Part shown: positions 36,986 through 48,856 of the stretch, in pieces | Position numbering within the stretch: the first letter of the stretch is position 1 | Layout of the letters: each line of letters starts with the position of its first letter | Assembly (NCBI RefSeq): GCF_004010195.1 | Contig: NC_057760.1 | Location: 1,369,606 to 1,433,605 of the forward strand | From: Chiloscyllium plagiosum | Taxonomy: Eukaryota | DNA: 64,000 nucleotides | Direction of reading: 5' to 3' | Position numbers and translations under genes: made by a program | The notes under the pieces: generated by a model | What the model was told of the DNA's origin: nothing | The model's input: the letters and a program-made list of their open reading frames with translations, nothing else | Databases searched by the model: none

Positions 36986-37519
36986 GTGTCCACTTGCCTA
37001 CCCTTTTTCCCTTGATTCCCTGCCTCATGAAGAATCTTAAATATACACAAGGAGTCTGGCCCCACAGCGCTCTGCAAGGAGTTCCAAAGATTCTTGACTT
37101 TCTGAGGGAGGAAATTCCTCCTCACCTTAGTCTTTATTCTGAGACATTGCCCTCTGGTCCTAGACTCTTCCCATGAGGGGAGAAACATCCTCTCAGCACT
37201 TACTCTGTGAAGCCCTTTTAAGATTCCCATCTCTCTCAATGAGATCACCACTCATTCTTGACTCCAGTGGGTAGAGTCCTAACCTGTTTAACCTTTGCTT
37301 ATAGGACAGTCCCTCCATGCCAGGGATCATCCTGATGGTCTGGGTCCTTCTCCATGTTACAGTTTGCCGAGTTTACTTTGACTGAAATGGCTCTGAGGAA
37401 GTGAGGACTGCAGACGCTGGAGAGTCAAAAGGTGTGGTGCTCTAAAAGCACAGTAGGTCAGGCAGCATCCGAGCAGCATGAGAGGCGACGTTTTGGGCAT
37501 CATTCGTTGGAGGGTCAGT

Positions 37520-39045
37520 GTACAGTATGGAAACAGACCCTTCGGTCCAACTCGTCCGCGCCAACCAGATATCCCAACCCAATCTAGTCCCACCTGCCAT
37601 CACCCTCCAAACCCTTCCTATTCATATACCCATCCAGGTGCCTTTTAAGTGTTGCAATTATAAGAGCCTCCATTACTTCCTCTGGCAGCTCATTCCATAC
37701 ACCTGCCACCCCCTACGTGGAAAAAGTTGCCTCTTAGGTCTTTTTTTTAATATATATATCTTTCCCCTCTCACCCTAAACCTATGCCCTCACTAGTTCTG
37801 GACTCCCCCACCCCAAGGAAAAGAGCTTGTCTATTTACCCTATCCATGCCCCTCATGATTTTACAAACCTATAAACCTCAGCCTCTGACGCTCCAGGGGA
37901 AACTGTTCCAGCCTGTTCGTATAGCTCAAATCCTCCAACATCCTTGTAAATCTTTTCTGAACCCTTTCAGGTTTGACAACATTCTTCCGATAGGAAGGAG
38001 ACCAGAATTGCTCACAATATTCCAACAGTGGCCTAAAGAATGTCCTGTCCAGCCGCAACATGACCTCCCAACTCCTGTACTCAATACTCTGACCAATAAA
38101 GGAAAGCATACCAAACGCCGCCTTCACTATCCTATCGACCTGCGACTCCACTTTCAAGGAGCTATGAACCTGCACTCCAAGGTCTCTTTGTTCAGCAACA
38201 CTCCCCAGGACCTTACCATTAAGTGTATAAGTCCTGCTAAGATTTGCTTTCCCAAAATGCAGCACCTCACATTTATCTGAATTAAACTCCATCTGCCACT
38301 CCTCAGCCCATTGGCCCACCTGGTCCAGATCCTGTTGTAATCTGAGGTAACCGTCTTCGCTGTCCACTACACCTCCAAGTTTGGTGTCCTCTGTAAACTT
38401 ACTAACTGTACCTCTTATGCTCACATCCAAATCGTTTATATAAATGATGAAAAGTAGAGGGCCCAGCACCGATTCTGGTGGCACTCCACTGGTCACAGGC
38501 CTCCAGTCTGAAAAACAACCCTCCACCACCACCCTCTGTCTTCTCCCTTTGAGCCAGTTCTGTATCCAAATGGCTAGTTCTCCCTGTATTCCATGAGATC
38601 TAACCAATCTCCTATGGAGAACCTTGTCGAACACCTTACTGAAGTCCATATCGATCACGTCCACCGCTCTGCCCTCCTCAATCCTCTTTGTTACTCCTTC
38701 AAAAAAACACTCAATCAAGTTGGTCACTGGTCTATAGTTCCCTGGCTTGTCCTTACCACCCTTCTTAAAAAGTGGCACCACGTTAGCCAACCTCCAGTCT
38801 CCCAGCACCTCACCTGTGACTATGATGATACAGATATCTCAGCAAGAGGCCCAGCAATCACTTTCCTAGCTTCCCACAGAGTTCTAGAGTACGCCTGATC
38901 AGGTCCTGGGGATTTATCCATTTTTATGCGTTTCAAGACATCCAACACTTCCCCCCCCCCCCCCCCCCCCCGTAATTTTGACATTTTTCAAGATGTCACC
39001 ATCTATTTCCCTACATTCTATATCTTGCATGTCCTTCTCCTCAGT
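37520..39045 (-). mobile_element. CR1 LINE ORF2 (RT) fragment, degenerate
   Basis: ORF 37861-38808: WRLANVVPLFKKG...PGNYRPV, DFSKVFD, SVLGPLLF..YINDL; catalytic FADD reads FTED. Confidence 0.9.
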
Positions 39046-39655
39046 AAACACTGATGGGCTGAAGGGCCTGTTTCCGCACTGTAGGGATTCTATCAATGTG
39101 CAAACTCCACACAGTCAGTCATCCAAGGTTGGAATCAAATCGAGTTCGTCACTCATTCCTGATGAAGAGTGCATGCTGGAAATGTCGATTCTTTTGCTCC
39201 TTGGATGCTGCATGACCGGCTGTACTTTTCCAGCGCCACACTCTTTGGCCAATATGGCTGGTGTTTCTCCTCCATTATAAAGGAGACCACACTTCCAAAA
39301 AGTATATAGACAGCTTTACTCTGTTTTATTCCCAAAAACATTGGATTGTTTCATTGGTTTTAATATTATTCAAATTTGATTGGATTTTGGTATCTTGGGG
39401 CATAATTTTAAACTGGCTGAATTTGAATCTGTTTTCTCATGGCAACTCAGCTGCAAGCTATTTGTTTCCCAAGTGGTACATTCTTCCTTTGTTCAGGATT
39501 CTGTGTGCTTTGTCAGTCCTTGCTAGCTTTTCAGCTCTCTTAAAGGCACAGTACACCTCCGCACCTTCATAACATGATGTTTGCATGAATGACTTCGAGG
39601 TATGCTATTCTGTCCTACATTGAAGCAAGTGATGGGCATGGATTTGTTCCCACAG

Positions 39656-39716
39656 GCACCTGCAGCAGCCTCCTGCTATCGCTGGGCAAGAAGATCTCAG
39701 CTATGAACATTCCCAG
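39656..39716 (+). CDS. ARNT: ARNT exon 14 (HLQQPPAIAGQEDLSYEHSQ)
   Basis: cag|G...CAG|gtaaat; phase 2 to 0; similar to human QQQQ...LASYNHSQ. Confidence 0.8.
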
Positions 39717-40358
39717 GTAAATGAATATCTGTGTCAGTCTCCAACCCTGGCCATCTCGGACTGCTTATTAGCTTCCCAGTGGATGCTGGTCGCAGCCGTC
39801 CCGCCACCACCACCGTCGCTGCCACCGCCTCCTGATTTTTGAACGAGGCTGTCGGGTAGACCAGGCACTTGGAGTGTAGCAAATGTCAGCCTCGGGTCAA
39901 TCTCTGAACTGTTCTCTCCCATCTGGCTCAGGAAGGCCCCGTCGCATCTGTGCTGGCCCTCCGAACGAGGGCTGCTCACCCCCCCATCCCCCGGTGTGAC
40001 CAGAGAGGAAGAGCCATCAGCAGGGAACTTCCTCTCCAGAAGCCTGGCTCTGACCAGCGCAGCCTCCTGTTCTTACACTGAGTCCTGCCTGCACTCCACC
40101 GCGTGCTTCAGGAAATCGAACTGGGGCTGGGGGAGCGGGGACGTGGTTGACTTCCCCCATTTCCTCTCTCCGGCAGCTACACCGGAGGGGTGTCAAAGCG
40201 GGTTGGCGTGATACAAGTCCATCCGCCTGCGTCCCAGCCGTCCCGAGCGACGTCTCCCTGCGGTTGTTCGACTTGTTTTGTTCTTTTGGGGGCAGGGGAA
40301 GCAGGTGGGCACGTTGACCACGCTTTGAGCCGGCCATGATTTAATCTGATCCTCCTAG

Positions 40359-40464
40359 GTTGCCGCACCGTCGGAGCACACAAAACCGATCAGCAAAGCA
40401 GAGCCCTTGTACAGTCAGGAAACCGACCCGCGCTACACCGAAATCTACTCTGCCCTTCCCACAG
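40359..40464 (+). CDS. ARNT: ARNT exon 15 (VAAPSEHTKPISKAEPLYSQETDPRYTEIYSALPT), GC donor
   Basis: tag|...CAG|gcaagc; human [26 protein letters not shown]. Confidence 0.85.
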
Positions 40465-41417
40465 GCAAGCAAGCCGCTCGGTGGCCTCTCTCTTGTTGGT
40501 CTTGTTAAATGTTTGCGAACGGCGGGGCGATTGGGGTGGGGGTGGTGTTGTCGTCAAGGGAGGTGGATCGATGCAGCTTTGGGAGTGAAGCATTAAACTA
40601 ACCCCCTCCCCCAGTGATTCTTACACCACCTGTGTTTGGAAGAAGAGCATAGTGGGTGGGTGTTTTTGGGAGTGGGGGGTCATAGGCAGTTCTCTCTAAC
40701 GTACTGGGGGCAGATGTTTGTCCTTTGACCTACATTGGGTCATCTGTAGTCATTAGCAGGAGCTTGCTTTCTGCAAATTGGCTGTTGCACTGCCTTCGCC
40801 ACAGCCCTTCGCCACAGCCAGTTCTTTTTTTTTTATTCACCCGCAGGATGTCTGTAGCTGGGCTCGCATTGACTGCCAGAGGTATTGTGGGTCTGGAGTC
40901 ATATGTAGGCCAGACCAGGTAAGGAAGGCAGATGAACATAAAACAGTAGACACACTTGATGTCGTGCCAGCCTTTTATCTTACTCTAAGTTCAAACTAAC
41001 CTACATTCACTTCATTAGCGTCCATGTGCCTATCCAAGAGTCGCTTGAACATCACCAACCGATCTGACTCTAGTACCACCGCTGGCAATGCATTCCACAC
41101 CCTAAGGGACATTAGTAAACCAGATGGGTTTTCCCAACAATCAACAAGGATTCATGGTCATCATTAGACTCATAATTCCAGAATTTTATTGAATTCAAAT
41201 TCGGCCATAGTGGGATTTGAGCTCTGGTCCCCAGAACGTTAGCTGTGTCTGCACTAAAGTCTCGAGGTGATGGAAGCGGTGCCCTATAGTGCTTTTTTTA
41301 TCTGTTCTTGTTTCTGTGAAATGCCTCGGGAGGTCAGGTGGCCGACGGAGTACTCTGTTCCGCTGCAGTCAGTCAGTTGATGTGTGTGTTGACTATCATT
41401 TCCTTGCCTTGATGCAG

Positions 41418-41520
41418 CTGAACAGAGTAAGGTGATTCCCTCAACGCCGGGTACCGGGACTCAGCAGATCTTCCAGCAGGGGACCTCCTTCCCATCAGCA
41501 CGGCCCACACAGAACTTCAG
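41418..41520 (+). CDS. ARNT: ARNT exon 16 (EQSKVIPSTPGTGTQQIFQQGTSFPSARPTQNF)
   Basis: cag|...AG|gtatct; human DQSKGI...TQQLFSQGNTFP..RPAENF. Confidence 0.9.
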
Positions 41521-41599
41521 GTATCTGTTGTGTCCCGCGGTAGACAGAAGTGCCTCCCGATGCTGCAGATGGAGATGTGCCTAAAAGCCGAATGTGCTG

Positions 41600-42165
41600 C
41601 CATAGAATTGTAGAATCTCTGCAGCGCGGAAGCAGGACGGGTGTTCCATCGGGTCCGCGCCAAACCTCTGAAGACCATCCCACCCTTTCCCAAATCCTGC
41701 ATTTTCCCATGGCTAAACCACCTAACCGACACATCCCTGGGCACTACGGGACAATTTAGCATGGCCAATCCACCCCTGCACATCCCTGGGCACTATGGGA
41801 CAATTTAGCATGGCCAATCCACCCTAACCTGCACATCCCTGGGCACTATGGGACAATTTAGCATGGCCAATCCACCCTAACCTGCACATCCCTGGGCACT
41901 ATGGGACAATTTAGCATGGCCATTCCACCCTAACCTGCACATCCCTGGGCACTATGACACAATTTAGCATGGCCAATCCACCCTAACCTGCACATCCCTG
42001 GATACTATGGGACAATTTAGCATGGCCAATCCACCCTAACCGGAGGAAACCCATGCAGTCACAGGGAGCATGTTCAGTCTGCACACAGGCAGTCACCCGA
42101 GGCTGGGATCTAACCCAGGTCTCCGGCACTGTGGGGTAGCGGTGCTAACCACTAAGCCACTGTGT
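41600..42165 (-). mobile_element. HE1-like SINE with about 6 copies of the 53-bp unit
   Basis: Tandem catccctgggcactatgggacaatttagcatggccaatccaccctaacctgca. Confidence 0.8.
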
Positions 42166-42511
42166 AGCACACGACACCAGTCTTCACCTGATGAAGGGGC
42201 AGTGCTCCGATTTCAAACAAACCTGTTGCACTCTAAGCTGGTGCCATGTGACCTCTAACCTTGTCTGCGCCAGTCCAAGACCGGCACCTCCAGATCAGAG
42301 GAGAATGAGCTGAACTTCTCCAGCTTCTCTCCGTCCGCGAGCGGAAGCCCCTCCCCAAACCGTTTCGTACAGGTCAAATCTCCCTCCATAGCCCCCTCGT
42401 TGGTCCCGAAACGCGTGGAGACTGTAGTGAGGGCACGCTGGTGTCTTGTGCTGCGCTGCGCCGCGGCGTCTTGCCTCTGCTTCTGACCGCTCCTCCGCCC
42501 TTCCCCGCCAG

Positions 42512-42653
42512 CTCCACCATGGTGGCTCCTGTGAACATTGTCCAGCAGCCGGCGTCGGCAGGGCAGATCCTGGCTCAGATCTCACGGCAGTCGGTCAGCG
42601 GTCAAGTTACCGGCAACACCTGGAGTGGAAGCCGCCCGCCGTTCCCAGCGCAG
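42512..42653 (+). CDS. ARNT: ARNT exon 17 (STMVAPVNIVQQPASAGQILAQISRQ...WSGSRPPFPAQ)
   Basis: cag|...CAG|gtttgg; ASAGQ-LAQISR motif. Confidence 0.92.
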
Positions 42654-44379
42654 GTTTGGACGCCTTTTGTTTTTTAAAAAAAAAAAAATTTCCTGGTGAG
42701 CTTCCGGCATCGTGCTGTTGTTTTTTTTGTGTCCCTGCCTTCCCGATCCCTGTAACCTTGCCTTGGGATCACAGGATTGTGGAACGTGATCCCAAAAGGA
42801 TCAATTGCAAGTTGGTTCGTTGATGTGGGAAAGGCTGAACAGGCTGGGGCTGTTTTCCCTGGAGTGTCAGAGGCTTGAGGGGTGGCCTTATAGAGATTTA
42901 TAAAATCACGAGGATACACTGATAGGGTGAATAGACAAAATCTTTTGCCTGAGGTAGGGGGTCCAAAGTTCGAAGGGCACAGGTGTAAGGTGGGAGGGGA
43001 AGGATTTAAAAGGGACCAGAAGGGCAACTTTTTCACACAGAGGGTGGTACGTGTATGGAATGAGCTGCCAGAGGGAGTGGTGGAGGCTGGTACAATGACA
43101 ACATTTAAAAGGCATCTGGGATGGGGACATGGATAGGAAGGGTTTGGAGGGATATGGGCCAAGTGCTGGCGTGTGAGATTAGATTAATGCAGAATGTCTG
43201 GTTGTCACGGACAAGTTGGACCAAAGGGTTTGTGTCCACGTACATCTCTGTAACTCTGCGGGAATCGCTAGCTAGACTTGCCCTACCCTGGGGCAAGTTG
43301 TGGTGAGTCACCGCTCAGAACCGAGTGGTGTGTAGATGCACCTTCCTAACGGCACTGCAGGACTTCCTGGATTTTGACTCCTGAGCAATCAAGGGGCGGC
43401 TGACATACATTCAAATCTGGGTGGTGCTTGGCTGGGGTTGCGTTCTCTTGCATCTGCTGGCCTTGCCCCTGTAGAGGGTAGAGGTCCTGGGTTTGGAAGG
43501 TGCCGTCTTGGCGTGACGGTACCTTCTTGTGGATGGTGCACGCTGCTGCTGCTGCAGTGAGGGAGGGAGTGGTAGTTAAAGGTGGTGGATGGCGTTACAA
43601 TGGAGCTTTGCTTTGTCCTGGGTGGTGTCGAACCTCAAGATTGATGGAGCTGCCACCCTTCCAGGCATGTGGGGTGTATTTCCTCGCGCTCCTGACTGAC
43701 TGACTGGCGCCTTGACCGCAGTGGGTTCTGGATTAACTCCTGTGGTTTTTGCAAGTCAAAGGTCCTCGCTGGGTGCTGGTGCCACGAAGGAAGCCTCGAG
43801 AATCAAGAAGTGCCGAAGGAGGCCATTCGGCCCATTAAGCCTGCACCGATCCTTGAAGAGCATCCCACCCAGCCAACATGTAATGGGGCTTTTATTATGG
43901 CTGTTTAGATCAGAGTGGGTGCTGGAAAAGCACAGCAGGTCAGGCAGCATCCGAGGAGCAGGAAAATTGACATTTCTGGCAAAATCAGGAATGGCTGACC
44001 CACATGACCTGCACATCTTTGAATTGTGGGGGAAAAAAAAAGAGTACTTGGAGGAAACCCATGCAGACTTGGAGAGAATGTGGAAACTCTGCACCAGCAG
44101 CCGCCCGAGGCTGGAATCGAACCTGGGTCCCTGGCGCTGTGAGGCAGTGGTGCTAACCACCGAGCTACTGAAATCGACTGGATCGATTTAGGGTCTGGTG
44201 TTGTATCTTTGCGGGAGGCAAATTAAGGAGATTTAGCCATGAGTGGGCAGTGAAGATGGTTTTCTAAGATTACAAAGAGATAGTAAGGACTGCAGATGCT
44301 GCAAGTCAGAGTCGATAGAATGTGGAGCTGGAAAAACGCAGGTCAGACAGCATCGGATGAGCAGGAAAGTCGATCTTGA

Positions 44380-45580
44380 TTGATTGGGTCAATGGGCTGA
44401 GGAGTGGCAGATGGCCTCTAATTTGGATAAATACAAGGTATTGCGTTCTGGTAAAACAAACAAAGGCAGGCTTTATAGGTTGTGTTGTAGAGCAGAGACC
44501 TAGGGATTCAGGTACATCATTCTTTGAAATGTGTGTGGCAGGGTGGTCAAGAGGTGTTTAGCACGCTTGCCTTCATTACTCACTCTTAGAGTATAGGAGT
44601 TGGGACATCCTGTTGAGGATGTACAGGACTTTGGGGCCAGTTCAGTTCTGGCCACTCTGCTGTGGGAAGGATGTTATTAAGCTGCAGAGAGTTCAGAACA
44701 GATTTACCAGGATGTTACTGGGAATGGAGGGCTTGACCTATTTAAAAATAGGCTGGGACTTCTTTCAGTGGAATGTGGGCGGGTTGTGAGCTGACCTTTT
44801 TTATAGAGGTTAATGAGGGGTATAGTTAAGGTGAATGACAAAGGGCTTTTCCCTAGGGTAGGGGAGGTAAATTCAAAACTAGTGCACACATTTTTTAATG
44901 TGAGACTAGAAAGAGATTTAAAAAGGACATGAGGGGCCTTTTTTGTTTTTAGAGGGTGGTTCGTGCGTGGAATGAAATCCCAGTGGAAATAGCGGACGCG
45001 GGTACAGTTATAACGCTTAAAAGACATTAAAAAGGAAAGGTTTGGAGGGATATGAGCCAGGAGCAGGTGGGTGGGACTAGTTTAGTTTGGGATTGTGGTC
45101 GGCATGGACTGGTTGGGCCGAAGGGTCTGTATGACATGAGGATTTGAGCTAAAGGGAGAGGTTGAACAGGCTGGGCCTGTTTTCCCTGGAGCGTCGGAGG
45201 CTGAGGGGTGACCTTATAGAGGTTTATAAAATCATGAGGGGGCATGGATAGGGTAAATAGACAAGGTCTTTTCCCTGGGGTGGGGGAGTCCAGAACTAGA
45301 GAGGCATAGGTTTAGGGTGAGAGGGGAAAGGGACCTGAGGGACAATTTATTCACGCAGAGGATGATGTGTGTGTGGAATGAGCTGCGAGAGGAAGTGGTG
45401 GAGGCTGGTACAATGACAGCATTTAAAAGGCATCTGGATGGGACACGAATAGGAAGGGTTTGGAGGGATATGGGCCCAGTGCTGGCAAATGGGACTGGAT
45501 TGGGTTGGGATATCTGGTCAGCATGGACGCATTGGGCCGAAGGGTCTGTTTCTGTGCTGTACATCTCTCTGACTGTATGA
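44380..45580 (+). mobile_element. Two adjacent CR1 3' fragments
   Basis: CR1 ORF2 C-terminal motifs and 3' tails at about 45135 and 45580. Confidence 0.75.
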
Positions 45581-45686
45581 ACTGGCAGTGGGGTTTCATG
45601 TGATGGTGACGCTGTGAGATGAGTCACCATTCCGCCCCATGGCCTTTTTCCCCCCTAACCTCCTGTCTTGTGTGTTCTTCTTGCAG

Positions 45687-45852
45687 ATAGCAGCCCAGGG
45701 GGCAAAGACGCAGTCGCCCCAGTTTGGCATGGCAGCCAACCGGAGTTTCACGGCCAACACTGCTTCCTTCAGCCCCCTTGCCAGCCCTGTAGCCACGTCC
45801 ACGGCAGGAGGCACCGCCTACCCATCCCTTGCTAACCGCACGTCTGCTTTCG
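45687..45852 (+). CDS. ARNT: ARNT exon 18 (IAAQGAKTQSPQFG...AYPSLANRTSAF)
   Basis: cag|...G|gtaggt; phase 0 to 1. Confidence 0.9.
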
Positions 45853-46731
45853 GTAGGTAACCAACCTTGCTCTTAGAACATAGAACTAGAACAGGCCCTT
45901 CAGCCCACTGTGTTGTGCCGAGGATTATAATTCTCTTTCCCCGCTCTGCTCCATGTTTCCGAGTTGCAGAGAGAGGAGCAAACCCCCGCCCCAATCGAAT
46001 GCCGTTCACTGTCTCCCTCCTGACCCCACACCACGGCCAGAGAGCATGGATTAGCCCCGACTGCTTAGATATTTGGCAATCTTACATTCCATCCTGACGA
46101 GTTTGAGACAGAAAGCTGTGCATCTCTGGTGAAACATGTGTTGCTGGAAAAGCACAGCAGGTCAGGCAGCATCCGAGGAGCACGACGGGAATCGACGTTT
46201 CAGGCATGAGCCCTCCTTCGTTCCTGCGCTTTGCCAGCAACACAATTTTCAGCTCTGATCTCCAGCATCTGCAGTCCTCACTTCCTCCTGTGCATCTCTG
46301 GTGCCTGTTCTCCCCTCAAGACCCCCCCCCCCCCCCTCAAAATCCGTGTGTTGGTGCCTGCCCAATTCACACTGAAATAGAGGGGCTAGTGGCAGAAAGC
46401 TGGGTTGCATCATAAAGGCCAGCACCGATCCCGTCGGGCTGAATGGCCAGATACTACACGATTTAACTACGGATTGGGCCGATTTTACATCGGCATTCCT
46501 TGTGCTCTCCTGTCGTGTTGCTATGTACCCATGTTGCGAATCGTTATTTTTCCCTCTCTAATAACCCCTACAGTCCTCGTGAAGACCGTGTGTGTGTCAG
46601 CTTTCCTTTTACCGTTGTTTCGTTCTGCCCCACGAGCGGAATTGCTGCTTTCGCTTTTAATAAAGAGCGAGCTTTATCTATTTGTTTGCTTGTTTATTTA
46701 TTTTCTCTCTCCTTCCCAAAACCTTGGGCAG

Positions 46732-46871
46732 CTGAAGCTGGGCAGACAGGCTCACCGTTCCAGAGCCGGCCCGCGGACGGAGGCTCGGTGTGGCCTCAGT
46801 GGCAGGGACAGCATCACTCCCAGGCGTCCAGCGAACAGCACGCACAGCAGAGCCAGCCCGAGGTGTTTCCG
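46732..46871 (+). CDS. ARNT: ARNT exon 19 (EAGQTGSPFQSRPADGGSVWPQWQGQHH...QPEVFP)
   Basis: cag|...CCG|gtgagc; VWPQWQGQ motif. Confidence 0.92.
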
Positions 46872-46974
46872 GTGAGCAGTCCTCGCTGCGCACACAGCCC
46901 ACCGCGCGATTAGGCGGGGCAGATTTGAAATCACCGGGGGGGGGTTGCAGGGGTGCGCGACTAGACTGCGTCGT

Positions 46975-47745
46975 GACCGTGGAGGAGCCAGTGTTGGACC
47001 GGGGTGGACAGGGTTAAAAAGCATCCCTGGTGAAGGGCCTTTGCCCGAAACGTCGATTTTTTTTCCTCCTCGGGTGCTGCCTGACATGCTGTACTTTTCC
47101 ATCACCCACTCTAATCTCCAGCGTCTGCAGTACCCACTTTTGCCAGAGTTATAAATCGCACAACACCAGGTTATAGTCCAACGGGTTTATTCGGAAGTGG
47201 GTACTGCAGATGCTGGAGATCAGAGTGGTGCTGGAAAAAACACAGCAGGTCAGGCAGCATCCAAGGAGCAGGAAAATCGACATTTCGGGCAAAAGCCCTT
47301 CAGAGATCCCTGAGGAAGGGCTTTTGCCCGAAACCTTGATTTTCCTGCTCCTTGGATGCTGCCTGACTTGCTGTGTTTTTTCCAGCACCACTCTAATCTT
47401 GAGGTTTATTTGGAAGTCCAAGCTTTCGGAGTACTGCTCCTTGTCCGGATAGCTCGTGGGCAGGATCATAAGACGTAGAATTTACAGCAAAAGATTAGTG
47501 TCATGCAACTGAAATGATAAATTAAACAAAACTAGAATATTGTTAAATCCTTCATCTTAACGTCAATCTAGGTTTGTTCAATATATCCAAGTAGACATGA
47601 CAATAGTCCTTTGCTATAAATTCTGTGTCTTCTGATCCTTCGTCACAGTTACCTGATGAAGGAGTGGCACTCCGAAAGGTGGTGCTTTCAAGTAAACCTG
47701 TTGGACTATAACCTGGTGTAGGGTGATTCTTTTTTGTGTGTATCC
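46975..47745. mobile_element. Family B hammerhead-bearing element (inverted pair) with two nested family A insertions
   Basis: caacaccaggttatagtccaac (47161) inverted to gttggactataacctggtg (47700); core CTGATGA 47653-GGAGT ggc ACTCC-GAAA; inserts at about 47020-47145 and 47199-47402. Confidence 0.65.
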
Positions 47746-48766
47746 TCCACGGCAGGAGAGTCGGTCACTGGCGGGGACACAGTTCAAAGAGAATCGGAGG
47801 TGGCGGCCACCAGATGCTTGGTGGTGAGGAGAGGCAAGGTGTTGTGATCTGGGACAGGCCACCTTATAGGGCGGTGGGAGCAGATTCAGCAGGAAGGTTC
47901 AGAGAGTCCTCCAGATAACTAAGCGATAAGATTCATAGAGGCTGTGGACTGAATAGGGCAGTGGGTATCGGGCGGAGTACTCTTAATGTTGTGGGTGTCG
48001 TTGCTGCGGGCTACCAATGTTGCCTGGCTTTCCCTCAACCGCCACTCAATCCGAGTCTCGCTCGGCACCATTTCAGAGGGCAGTCAACCCATCAGGCCGA
48101 ATGGCCTATCACTGTGCAATAGACATGGATTGGATTGGTCTGGAGTCACATCTAGGCTCAGACCAGGTATAGGTGGTGAGTTTATTTCCCCCCCCCCGTT
48201 AGTGACCCCTGCCCAGCCGTTGGGGCCTTTTTTACCCAAATTGATCGCATTTGTCAGTGCCGCCATCCCCGAGCATAGCTTCCAGTTCCAGATTTGTTTC
48301 GGTTGAATTTCAATTCCACCAGGTGGGATTGGAAACAGTGTCTCCCACCCCCCCGCCCCCCCCCCCCCCCCACCCCACCCCTGAAGCCTGACGGCCTCTG
48401 TGTCACCAGCCCACTGATGTTACCTGGTAGCTGGCACGGGAGCAGTGGGCCAAATGGATTCCTGTGTGCCAAGAGTCTTGTCTTATCTTACAGTGTGCCC
48501 TCTGTGTGGCCGTTGCCATCCATATCACCAGAGCCGTTGTAACCAAACGGCTGCCCACCCTCCCCCCCCCCCCCCCCCCAGCTTCCAGACGATGTTGCCA
48601 GTAACTGCTGAGTTTGGGCGAGAGGGGTGCCGCATGGCTGCCATTTGTGGCGTGCTTTGGGCTCCCCAAGTGCTGAGAAAATGCAGACCTTTCCTTTCCT
48701 GGAGCTTGTCACAGGGAGGGAGGCTGCCTACCAGGATGCACGAGGGTGCTGCTTAACCTGTTTCAG

Positions 48767-48856
48767 GATATGCTGTCAATCTACGAGGAGCAGGGAACCA
48801 GTTACAACAGCGATGAGTTCTCGGAACTCCCCATCTTCCCCTCGTTCTCGGAGTAA
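48767..48856 (+). CDS. ARNT: ARNT last coding exon, transactivation domain (DMLSIYEEQGTSYNSDEFSELPIFPSFSE*)
   Basis: cag|GAT...TAA 48854-48856; human EMLSM...YNNEEFPDLTMFPPFSE. Confidence 0.94.
   Translation, partial: DMLSIYEEQGTSYNSDEFSELPIFPSFSE

Noticed and set aside
37861..38808. 315-aa reverse transcriptase ORF as an active or domesticated gene
   Set aside because: Internal deletions, catalytic FADD changed to FTED, 5'-truncated; ordinary CR1 relic.
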